Source: Octopus sinensis (lineage: Eukaryota). Taken from it: a DNA stretch of 64,000 nucleotides. Numbering within the stretch: position 1 is the first letter of the stretch; the number at the start of each line of letters is the position of its first letter. Location: assembly GCF_006345805.1 (NCBI RefSeq), contig NC_043002.1, positions 68,138,001-68,202,000 on the forward strand, read 5' to 3'. The notes beneath the pieces are model-generated. The model searched no databases and was not told where the DNA came from. It worked only from the letters and a program-made list of their open reading frames with translations. The position numbers were made by a program, and so were the translations under genes. Below, piece after piece: positions 27,073 to 40,073 of this stretch.

Positions 27073-30000
27073 TGAATACAATTTATTAATTGAACCTGAA
27101 ATATGCTTACACACATAAATAGAGGAGGAATGGAGAATGAGAGTAACATTGTAACATTGAAGCACTTAATGTGAAACAAGTTAGCATTAAAAAACCTGAC
27201 CGGCCACTATCAGTTTGTACCAGTCACCACTGAAACCCCGGGTGTTCTTGGACCTCATGCTTTCAATTTCCCCTGCAAAATTGGAGTAACTGCAGTGCAA
27301 CTAAGAAATGAACCCTGCAGAGTGGGGTGCAGTGAGTGTTGCTTCCCATTCTCCATGGTAACATCACTATGGTCATGTCAGCTGGATGCAGCTGAAAACA
27401 CCATTTGTTCTGAGGTGTATTCCCTCCCTGCAACATCTTCAGCTGCTTAACCCCCATCTCTTTCCTTTTTCTTTTGTAATCAAATTGTGATTTAATCTTT
27501 ATGTAAATAAAACTTATAAACTAAGCAGATATATTATGAGAAAAACCAGTTCATAAATGCTATGTTCAAATCCAACAGGGAGAGTGGATTATTAAAGCAC
27601 TAATTAAGTATGGTGGGTGGGGTCAACTCTTCATACTCCCTCTCAGCTACATTGCATGAGAGACCACTTGCTTCTAAAATAATGGAAAAGAAGAGTTGAG
27701 TGAGGAGTTAGCAACAGCTTGTTTACAAAAACTGTCCAGAGAAACCAGAGGAAGTGTGCATAGAGGGACCAATGTGCGATACAGTATAACAGTTAACCAT
27801 TCAACCATCCAGTAAAAATAACATTCCATGCCAGAGGCACACATGATTGCATGGTGAGGAAATGAGTTACACAACTACAGTTTCAAGTTCAGTCCTGCTG
27901 TATGGTACTTTAGGCAAGAACTGTCTATTATAGCCCCCATACCAACCAAAGCCTTGTAAAGAAATTTGGTAGGTAGAAGCTGAATGATTCCAAAACTCTC
28001 TCTCTCATTGTGTGTGTGGGTGCTTATGTCTTCTTGTCTTGACATCATGCCTAATCCACACACAAAACATTGGTTGGCTCAAGGCTATAATAGAAGACAT
28101 TTGCCCAAGGTGTTGTGCAGTGGAACTGAACCTGAGATCACATGGTTGGTAAACAAACCTCTCAACCACACAGCCACATTTGTGCCTATAAAAGAATTTT
28201 TAAAATCTGTAAAATTCTTACTTTGTCATATAATCTGTTTAATAACCGTGGTACTGAGGGGAATATAGTGGGCCTTAGAACTTTAATATCATCCATTAGT
28301 TTTTTGACATCACCACTGAAGAAACCAATAGAACCACCGGCAATATAAAGCATCACCTAAAACAAAGAAAACAGAAATTTTTATGAAAATACATGAAAAT
28401 TTTAATATATTAAACTCTTGTATATTAACCATAAGAAATATATGCAAACAACATATATTGAATAAAATTTGTAGGTTGTGATGTATGCTATGCTTCATCT
28501 TAACAGTGTTATACAGAAGACATGTCATAGAGACATCTATATGCTATGACTATGGAATGCAGGCTAAATTATTATTGACAAAATATTATTACTCTCAGTA
28601 AATGAATTTTGATCAGAAGCAATATATGATGAGTTGTAGCAAAGACTGTAATCAAATATATATGGAATGTATGTTGTCAATGCATTTATCAAGTACAGAT
28701 TTAGTTTATTTCTTCTAAACTGCCATCATTTTTTATAAAAATAATTATACCAATATGCATATAAATAATAAATGTATATCTTTTATCTTTTACTTGTTTC
28801 AGTCATTAGACTGCGGGCCATGCTGGGGCACTGCCTTGAATTTTTAGTCAAAAAGATCAACCCCACCAGCACTTATTTTTTAAGCCTTGTACTTATTCTA
28901 TTGGTCTCTTTTGCCAAACTGCTAAGTTATGGAGATACAAACAAACCAACACAGGCTGTCAAGCAGGTGGGGGGACTGAGAGAGAAAGATACACACACAT
29001 AGATATACATATAACAGGCTTCTTTCAATTTCCGTCTACCAAATCCACTCACAAGGCTTTGGTTGGCTTGAGGCTATAGTAAAAGACACTTGCCCAAGGT
29101 ACCACACAGTGGGACTGAACCCAGAATCATGTGGCTGGGAAGCAAACTTCTCACTATATAGCCACGCTTGCAACTATATATCATATTAATGTTTGTTTTT
29201 ATGTCAAATTATGATAAAAACAATTAATATTAAACTGAAGAATTACACAATACTTTTTTTGTAAAGTGTGTTTATGAAACTTTTAAAGAAAAGGGGTGGC
29301 AGTGATTTGTTACCAATTTTCTTTTGAAATAAACTGTTTTTGTTTCAATTGATTTTGAAAATAATCATTCGGCAATAAACAGCACTTGTGAAGACCTATT
29401 GAGGCAAGTGAAGACGTTGTTGTGGCTGATGACAGCACCACCTGATTGGCACGTAAAAAGCACCATTCAAGCGTGGTTGATGCCAGTGCCAGCTGACTGG
29501 TCCCATGCTAATGGCATGTAAAAAGCACCATTTGAGTGTGGTCGTTGCAAGTGTCACCTGTCTGGCCCTCATGCTGATGGCATGTAAAACACCCACCACA
29601 CTCTCGGAGTAGTTGGCATTAGGAAGTTGAATCCAGCTGTAGAAACTTGCCAGATCAGATTGGAGCCTGGTGCAGCCTCCTGGCTTGCCACTCTTCAGTC
29701 AAACCGTCCAACCCATGCCAGCATGGAAAGCAGACTTTAAACGATGATGATGAATGAAGAATTTAGTAAAGCAACATTGCCATTATTAAGCTGGTTCTTA
29801 AAACATTAATTAACATGAATCTCTGAAGGAAAGTTTTCATTTAAATCCCTTTAAAACAAGAAGTTTATGTCATAAGACGAAAGGCAGTCCTCAGGAAGGT
29901 TAGTTTCAAAAGAGTTAACTGCAAATGTATTATTACATGTAAAAATAGTGTGGAAAATTACTGGCAATATACTGTAAATATACTTTGGAAATATACACTC

Positions 30001-33000
30001 AGTCAGGGTGTGTTTAATGAGTATGTAAAGTATTTCAGTTTTAATTAAGTTATGTATAAAAAATTCAAGAAAAACACTTACTTGAACAAATCTTTCGTAG
30101 ACGTGAGCTAATGGCAAGTAAGATATCATTACATCTTCACAGCCAATGATATGCTGCAGAAACACAAAAGGAAAATAAAATTAAAAGTTTAAGAAAAAAA
30201 AATTTTTTTTTTTTAAATTAAAATAGTAAAATGAAAAATAATGTAACAATCAGAGTTTTCGTTATTTTTTAAAATCTTTTACTTGTTTTATTTATTGAAT
30301 TACGACCATGCTGGGGCACCATCTTGAAGGGTTTAGTGAAACAACTCAACCCAAAAACTTTTTAAGTCTGATGTTTATTTTATCAATTTTGTTTGCTGAT
30401 TTGCTAGGTAACAGGGATGTAAACAAATTCGGCATTAATACTGTCATTAAGGTTTGGCTATATAGGGCATGGCGGCGAGCTGGCAGAAACATTAGCGCGC
30501 CAGGCAAAATGCTTAGCAGTATTTCATCTGTCGTTACGCTCTGAGTTCAAATTCCGCCGAGGTCGACTTTGCCTTTCATCCTTTCGGGGTCGATAAAATA
30601 AGTACCAGTAACGCACTGGGGTCGATATAATCGACTTAATCCGTTTGTCTGTCCTTGTTTGTCCCCTCTGTGATTAGCTCCTTGTGGGTAGTAAAGAAAT
30701 ATATATAGTGCAATAAGTAGGGGAGTTTTGTAATCTCAATCATTTATAGTTAAGCTCCTGCCTTACAAGTTCTGAGGCTCGTGACAGGCCTAAACCTAAG
30801 TAATGGGTGGGTTGAAGGAAATTTGACTGTTATGTCTAGATGATCATTTGACTACTTAGAAACTCCCTTGTCAGCATGAATGAAATAAGATGAAATAGTA
30901 CTCTACTGACTTTAGCCAGCCATTCAAGCTCTCTCTCTCTCTATCTATCTGTCTATCTCTTTCCAATTACACATAAAGAAAAAATATATTGGAAAATATT
31001 GGAAAATATGAACATACCATCTGTCTTGTACTTGCAATAACTGCTGCTAACATTCCTTTATGTGTAAGGATGGCACCCTTGGGGATACCTACAAATATAG
31101 ATAGAAGTGATTGTTTCAATCATAGAGAAGAAACATGGCCATATCAAAATATAAAAATGTCCATAATAAATTTGTTGGATTCTAAAATAGTTGAATAATT
31201 GACATTAATATGCTTAAATAAAATTAAAAAATATCACATGATACCAAAGCATGCAATAACACTTGAGTAAATTTTAAAAAATAAAGACCTTTTTCAGTCA
31301 TGAATGACCATGGGATTGCACCCAGAAAGTTCCCCTCTGAGGCACAAGTTTGGGGAAGGTTATTTATGGAAGACCAGCACACACCCAAACATACCAGCCT
31401 CCCCTCTCCACAACACCAATGTTATCCGAGGGAAAAGGCAAAGGCCAATATAGCTTGGCACCAGTGATGTTGCAACTTATTTCTACAGCTGAACAAACTG
31501 GAGCAACATGAAATAAAGTGTTTTGCTGCGTATTTAGTCCCACATATTTATTCATGACATTCGAACATTGGGCCTCAGAGAGGCAATGATAGGAGATTGG
31601 GACCTTTGGAGATATGCTGTGATTGAGAACACTTGACGACTAAAGTGAAGTCATAGCCACGCATTTCTGGCCCTGTTAAGAATATCCTTGATGCGCCGGA
31701 TGATATGATATGCTTGAGAAGACCTGTTGAGTCAAATAAAACCAATAACAGCTGTGGCCAGTGCCCCCGACTGGCTCCCATGCTGGTAGCACATAAAAAG
31801 CACCATCCAAACGTGGTCGATGCCAGGTCTGCCTGACTGGTTCCTGTGCCAGTGGCACATAAAAAGCACCAAGCAAACATAGCTGATGCCAGTACCCATT
31901 GACTGGCTCTTGTGCTAATGGCACGTAAAAAGCATCATCTGAACATGGTCAATGTCAGTACCCCCCAACTGGCCCCTGTGCCAGTGGTGCGTAAAAAGCA
32001 CTATCTGAACGTGATCAATGCCAAGCCCGACTGACTGACTCCTGTGCTGGTAGCACGTAAAAAGCACCCACTACACTCTTTAAGTGGTTGGCGTTAGGAA
32101 GGGCATCCAGCTGTAGAAGCATTGCCAGATAAGATTGTAGCCTGGTGCAGCCATCTGGCTCTCCAGACCTCAGTTAAACCATCCAACCCATGCCAGCATG
32201 GAAAACGGACATTAAATGATGATGATGGTGATGTTTTGATTTAATCATGCGTCATCTTGTAATTCCAAGATTTCAATGGTGTGATTGCTTGTTTTTAGAA
32301 TGACATTGCAGGTTAGGTGTGAGAGACCAGATATGGTTAATATGAACATAAACAGGTAGAATATTTGGGCTAGATATGGCATTTTATATACTAAATCATT
32401 AAAAACCAAAAGAAAGAAAGTGTAATTCAATAAAAATAGGGCAACAAAAAGGTTACAGAACATACTGTTTGACATCTCATGATATAAGAATAAGTATTGA
32501 CATGTTGCTGCTTTCAATAGTTTAATATTAATAATTTTTATGATAATACTTTATTTACAAACACCAGAAATGTCTAATAAATTTCACTTCCGAAAAATAA
32601 AATTCCATTTCTAATAGCCAAATATTTTTCACAATTCATGATATTGACCATAAAATGTAAAACTAACTTACCAGTTGTACCACTTGTGTAACAAATTATG
32701 CATACATCTGTTGATTTGCAAGGCTGAACAAAGACAAAAACAGAGGATACAATTAAAACAAAAATTATTTTATTTTATTTTTATTTTTTCAATGGGGGAT
32801 CCAGGCCCATAAACCACTGAGTCTAGTGGGAAGGGAAGATGGGAGGTAGCCTTGGCCCAAATGCTTTTAAACTCCTTAACAAAACTACTTGTGTGCATTT
32901 AAAGGTTGAGTGAATATTATGTAAAGAAACTATCTCTTTGAATTGAAAATAATTTCAAATATTTTTTTTATTATATTTACACAGTCTGTCATCTTATGAC

Positions 33001-33139
33001 TAACACTAAAACAGACACACATAGATTTACACACATATAAATATATAGACATAGTAACAGTCATACACACACACAGAAATACACTCAGACATGTGTGTGT
33101 GTGTGATAAATGCCATCACCATTACTACTGTGTAAATAT

Positions 33140-33181
<42 letters not shown>

Positions 33182-33349
33182 TCTTTTTAGACATTTTTAG
33201 ACACTGTTATATTAAATTATTAACTAAAACTTTGTTGTAGTTCAGTTCTATATTTAATTGCCCACGGGCATATGGCATAGTGGTTAAGAGTGCGGGCTAC
33301 TAACCCTAAGATTCCAAGTTCGATTCCAAGCAGTGACCTGAACACTAAC

Positions 33350-33380
<31 letters not shown>

Positions 33381-36300
33381 TCGAAAAATACCTTAGGAAT
33401 GAGAACCCAGGTTCAAAATTTCCTCAAGACACTTGAAGAAGGCTGGAGGGTATATCAGCCAAAACGCGTTAACAACAAACAAAATGAGGACAAATATCCG
33501 TCAAATGTAAATAATGTAAATAATTTGTTGTAGCTGTTTAGTTGTTTAAAGATTGAAGTGAAAAAGGAAAATATATATAAAAAAGAAATTTACCACAAGC
33601 TTGTGTGGGTTCTCTTCTCCTAATTTCTGGAATAGAAAAAAAATAATATAAAACAAATAGTAAGATAAAAGAATACCAAGATGAATGTAAAAGACATTAT
33701 GTAATTAATAAGAAAGAAATATAGCATGGAGAAATTCAGAATTTTTTCAGTCCTGAAACTAAAACCTATGGAATATTGTTCTTTGTAAAGAATGGTCTCT
33801 GAGATTTTAGAAAATGGGACAGTCACAGAAATTTCATTCCTAATCAATAAGCAATCTCTATTATTTCATTGTTTCACCACAAAGTCCAGTCTTGGTTGCA
33901 GGGAAGTGGTCTGTGTGCCACAATGGCCCTGAGAGTTGTGCCAGCAGAGTGCAAGCTCCTGACAGGACCTCCCAACCTAGACAGGGCAAAAGGATAAAGG
34001 CCAGGTTAGTAGGGAACTACCTCTTCACAGAGGTAAAAATAGGTTTGTGAAGGGCCAACACTCCTACCTAGAACAAAAAAGTTACAGAAGTATTGCAAGC
34101 AATTCAAAACCAACGAGAACTGGAAGAAGAAGGATTTCCCCCGGGGGAACCATATAACACAGTGCAACAAAATCTGTAAGGAAGCTGCAGAATTGTTTGA
34201 AAAGTCATGGATCCAAGGAGAGAAGCAGAAAAGACAGTTCAGAGTACAAAACAATGGAGATAAATCCTTGACTGCCTACATCCATAGGGAGTAAAGGGTT
34301 TAAGTAAGTAATTATTTCCTTGCTACCTAAATTGTTGTTGATATGTAATTTACAATATTTGAGTACCATTTATATAATTATATCAAGCATTTTTTTTATT
34401 CACCTTAATTAGTCTTTTTTTGATCACTTCAACCTAACTGCTTTCTTACATGATCAGGAGCTTGGTATAGGGACTTCAATATGTGCTACCAAAAGAGATG
34501 TGGTAACATAACTGACCCAGGATTAGAATATAAGAACATATATATTCAGTATCTTTTGAATTTTGAACATTACATGAAAAGCTAAGATCAAAGAAAGTAT
34601 TTATTAAAATGAACATATGTAAACCATATGTCTCCTCTATAGTAAGACTCTTGCACATGTCCTTTGATCATAATTTAGCCTCTCAATACCTGGTAAAAAG
34701 CTAATTCCTCCTCTCAAATACACCCCACACTTAGTTAAGAGGGCTTTTTCTTGTTCTTTTTTTGTCTTGCAAATTATGTGGCAACCCCACTTATGCTATT
34801 GCCTTGTAAAGCACCTAGGACACACTGTAATGGGGTCGGCATTAGGCATTAGAAAGGTCATCAGCCATGGAAAGCATACAAAAAATGGACTTTGGAGTTT
34901 GAAGCAGCCCTGTGGCTCACCAGATCCTGACAAACTGACCAACCCAAGCCAGCATAGAAAATGAACATTAGGTGATGATGATGATGATGATTTGTAATAA
35001 TAATGATTTGAAAAATCTTTAAGATTTATAATAATTATGATAAATTTATTCTGTGAAACTGAGAGCAGGGAATTTACTGAATTATCGTCACCTTAAACTT
35101 TACTACTAAAGAGATTGCAAGACACATAACTGTTGGTCTTAGCCAGCCTCAACAACAAACAGGTTCCACTTAAACTTCACAACTGAATGCTTAGTGATAA
35201 CAGTGATTTCTAGATGTGAAAATAATTTCCCTAACCATATGTAAACAAATGAACTTGCAAAAACTAAGCAATATTAACATGAAAAAATAAATGTGAAATA
35301 ATACCAGAAAAACAAGGAAAAACTATTTTATCTATTCTTGGAAATTGAACACACAGTAAAAGTGTGTAATGGGGGTATGTTCATGTTTTTGGAAATTGAT
35401 GCAATAAATGAAAATGAAAGTGAAATTGATGCAGTACTTGAAAATGAAGTGAAACTGATGCAATACCTGAAAATGAAAATAGCAGAGAAAGGTGGGGGGA
35501 GCTGGAGGAAGGAGAGGAGGAGAAGGGGAAGGGCGAGAAACAAGAGGAAGCAATATATGAAATGCAAATCTAAAATAAGAATAAAATATGTCAGCCAGTC
35601 ATGAAACAAGAATATGGCGATTACAGAAAAGCAGACACTGTACAGCAATTTAAGTTGCAAAGACAACAGCAGCAAAATGAGCTCAACATGTTTAAAGTCG
35701 GGAACTCAGACGATCTCAAGAGGTACTTAAGGTGGTTCAGATGATAAGATGAGAGAAGGGGGGGAGAGACAGAGAGAGAGAGAGAGTAACATAAGAAAAT
35801 TAGAAATAGCTATTAAGGAAAGAAGGATGAGTGTACCAAACACAGAGCAGGAACTAGAGTACAAATGAAACTGAAAGATAAAGGAAAAATTAAAGAAAAA
35901 AAAATGGGCAAAGAATAGCAGTAAGAGTTGGTAATGAGAGTCAAGAACAAAGAAATCTAATATCTTAGACAAAAATCTGTTACATGATACTTAAGAACAG
36001 AGACACATGGAGAACAAATATAGGAATAAGAACAACTGACAGAATTCAAAATGAAGCAGGAATAGATGAAAATATTGGGAGATGTCATAATGCTGAGAAT
36101 ATGAAGCATACAGGATGTAACAAATGAATAGCTTAACAACTTGGGAAACAAATTCTTGTGGAGGATTTAATGTAAAATGTCAGTTTTGCTGCGAAACCCA
36201 GCAATGGTTTAGTTAATAACTGCTGCCATAAAGATGAAATCCAGCTCACTCAACAGCAACGTTTCCAAGAATACTTGAAGAATATCACGAGCCAGTCAAG

Positions 36301-39300
36301 TCATTCTCATTATTCCAATTTTAGATCATACAACTCAGCAATTTTGTTTGCTTTAGTGGATGGTTCAAATGGCTGGACCACATGGTTGAAGTCCCTTTCG
36401 GTTTAGAGAGTATGGATAAAACTATTGTCATACTTCTAACAGGCAACCTACAGAAAGACATAAAAGGCCAATTCCTCAACTGCATGTTGTCTACTCAATA
36501 ACATCTAATGAAACTAGACTTAATCACCAAGCTAACGAAGGAGGTATCCCAGAAATTACGAGTACTCTAACAAAAAGCATTAAAGAAAATAATGTTTATA
36601 AAATGGTAAATAAAATATTATGACAAATGAAACATGAAGAGACAGGGCACACTCAACAGGAAAATAGACAAGTCCCAAAAGAAAGTATGGTGTTTACAAA
36701 GAGATTGTTCATCAAATCTAAGTAGAGACTTCAAACTTGAAATCTTCAAAGCCACAGTCGAACCAATTCTACTATATGGCTCAGAAACCTGGATGTTATC
36801 AAAGAAGCTTGAGAGGTGGTTGGATGGAACCTACACTCGCCTCCTTATGAGAGCTCAAAATCTCTCGTGGAAGTGTCATCCAACCAAAATGCAAATATAT
36901 GGGAAACTACCACCTGTGTCATCTCTTGTGAAAGGTAGGAGAGTCCAGTTTGCTGGACATTGTTGTAGAGCTGAAAACGAGGCAATTTCTACTCTTCTCC
37001 TCTGGAAGCCATCTACTCGCAACACTAGAGGGCGCACACTTTCCTACCCTGATATAATCTCCAGGGATACAGGCATCCAGCAACAGAACCACCGTAATGC
37101 TATGATGGACCGTGAAGTCTGGTGTAGCATGGTAAATTCCATTGTCTCAACCATTCCATTGTCTCAACAAATGTTCTTTTTATAGAAGATCATATAGTTT
37201 AGCAACTATATGAAATGGTGTTTATGAATGAAGATGAAGAAATGTCATCATTTAACAGAGGTTTCTAAATTTATCAAAGAAATTTAAACATATACATAAG
37301 ATGGTTTCAAATTTTGGCACAAGGACAGCAATTTCGGGAAGGGTGGGGGTTATGGTCCCTTGTAATTTAGTGGCTCAGCAGAAAATGAATACTTGAGTCG
37401 ATTTGTACAACTAGAACACTTCAAGGCAGTGCCCCGGCAGTCAAATGACAAACAAGCCTGATGTGCTGACAATTCTACCAGCTCACTGCCGTCAATATAT
37501 ACATATATCAACCCATTTTAAACCAGGTTAACCCAGTTGAAATTTTGAAGATAGTTATATAAATAGGGATAACAAACATATGGAAGCATCCAGTTAACTT
37601 TTATTGCAGTAAATAAACTAAATACAATGGTTAAATAAATACAACAAGCACTATTTTGTGTCCAGTTAACCTTTATTGCAGTAAACGAACCAAATACAAC
37701 CGTCCTCATTTGAGGACGGTGGGTTAAAATGGGTTAGGCTATTATAAGTCCAAATATCAACCTTCAGGACATAGACATGATTTTATCCACATGATGAACC
37801 CAGATGGCAAACCTATTTATTAGTTGCTGAAAGAAGACTCTAATACATTGTAATCTATGACATCATGAATACATGGCCTACAGCCATGACAGGGGCATAG
37901 CCTTCAAGGGTTTACTCAATCACATCAACATCTGCTCCTATTTTACCTATCTTATACCCCTCAAATCTCTAAATCAGTGTTTCTCAAACTTTTTACCCTA
38001 CCGTAACCCTTAAAATAAATTATATGTCTCAAGGAACCCCTGCATAAAAAAAATTATATACCATATCTTTCTCATATTTTTTTCGTCATTGTTCATGTGA
38101 TCATCATCATCATCATCATCATTTAGCGTCCGTTTTACATGCTAGCATGGGTTGGACGGTTCTACTGGGGTCTGTGAAGCCAGAAGGCTTCATCAGGCCC
38201 AGTCAAATCTGGCAGTGTTTCTACGGCTGGATGCCCTTCCTAACGCAAACCACTCCGTGAGTGTAGTGGGTGCTTTTTACGTGCCACCCGCACTGGTGCC
38301 AGACAGAGCTGGCAAACGGCCACGAACGGATGGTGCTTTTTATGTGCCACTGGCACAAGGGCCAGGCGAGGCTGGCAACGGACACGAAACGGGGCGGTGC
38401 TGGCAACGGTCGCGAAACGGAAAGTTCTCTTACATGCCACCGGCACTGGTAACACATCTGCAATTTCCATTGATCGATTTCGATTCTGATCCTCACTTGC
38501 CTCAATGGGTCTTCACAAGCAGAGTTTCGATATGCCACCGGCACTGGTAGCACATCCGCAATTTCCATTGATCGATTTCGATTCTGATCCTCACTTGCCT
38601 CAACACGTCTTCACAAGTAGAGTTTTGTGTCCCAAGAAGGGAAGGTATGCATACGTAGGCTGGCTCCATCCCATGTAGAAGGCCACGGGTTGTGGACTCA
38701 CTTGTCCTGCCGGGTCTTCTCGCGCACAGCACACTTCCAGAGGTCTCGGTCTCTAGTCATTTCCTCAGTGAGACCTAAAGTTCGAAGGTCGTGCTTCACC
38801 ACCTCGTCCCAGGTTTTCCTGGGTCTGCCTCTTCCACAGGTTCCCTCAACCGCTAGGGTGTGGCACTTTTTCACACAACTATCTTCATCCATTCTCGCCA
38901 CATGACCATACCAGCGCAAACGTCTCTCTTGCACACCACAACTGATGCTTCTTAGGTCCAGCTTTTCTCTCAAGGTACTTACACTCTGCCGAGTGTGAGT
39001 ACCGGCATTACACATCCATCGGAGCATACTGGCTTCATTTCTAGCGAGCTTACGCATATCCTCAGCAGTCACGGCCCATGTTTCACTGCCATGTAGCATG
39101 GCTGTTCGTACACACGCATCATACAGCCTGCCTTTCACTCTGTGCGAGAGGCCTTTTGTCACCAGCAGAGGTAAGAGCTCTCTGAACTTTGCCCAAGCTA
39201 TTCTTACTCTAGCAGTTACACTTTCAGCACACCCGCCCCCGCTGCTGACTTGGTCACCTAGGTAACGGAAACTATCAACTATTTCTAGTTTTTCTCCCTG

Positions 39301-39609
39301 GAAAGTGACGGAAGTTGGTCTCAGAGCATTTTCAGTGTTTATTGTTCCTGAGCATCTGCCACATACAAAAACCATCTTCCTAGTTAGCCTTCCTTTGACA
39401 TTGCTGCATCTCTTATGTGTCCATAGCTTACACTTGGTGCATCTTATAGAGTTTCTACCTACACCTTTTCTACAGATCGAGCAGGGCCATCTACCTGAAG
39501 GTGTTTGTGATTTGTCTACCTTCCTACTGATTACGACTTTGGTTTTAGCTAGATTGACTCTGAGGCCCTTCGATTCTAATCCTTGTTTCCACACCTGAAA
39601 CTTCTCCTC

Positions 39610-39642
<33 letters not shown>

Positions 39643-40042
39643 TATATATATTCTTTTATTCTTTTACTTGCTTCAGTCATTTGACTGCAGCCATGCTGGA
39701 GCACCACCTTTAGTCAAGCAAATCGATACCAGAATTTCTTTTTTGTAAGTACTGACATAGGTTTAAAGAAGAGATAAATATTGGTTTCAAATTTTGGCAC
39801 AAAGCCAGCAATTTCGGGGGAGCGGGGGAATTGTTTTACATCAACCCCAGTGTTCAGCTGATGCTTATTTTATCAACCCAGAAAGGGATGAAAGGCAAAG
39901 TCAACCTCAGCAGAATTTGAACTCAGAACGCCAAGCATTTTGCCCGGTGTGCCAATGATTCTGCCAGCTCACCGCCTTAAAGAAGAAATAAATATTGAAA
40001 AGAAAAGTCAGTGGATATGTTACCTATAAATATTATGTGCAT

Positions 40043-40073
<31 letters not shown>

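Noticed and set aside
31750-32070. CRISPR-like array of TAAAAAGCACCA repeats at ~60-bp spacing
   Set aside because: Eukaryotic DNA; spacers are homologous to each other; these are internal subrepeats of the RTE 3' UTR.
35328-36151. Overlapping ORFs in a purine-rich stretch
   Set aside because: Low-complexity A/G-biased sequence, no domain or splice support.
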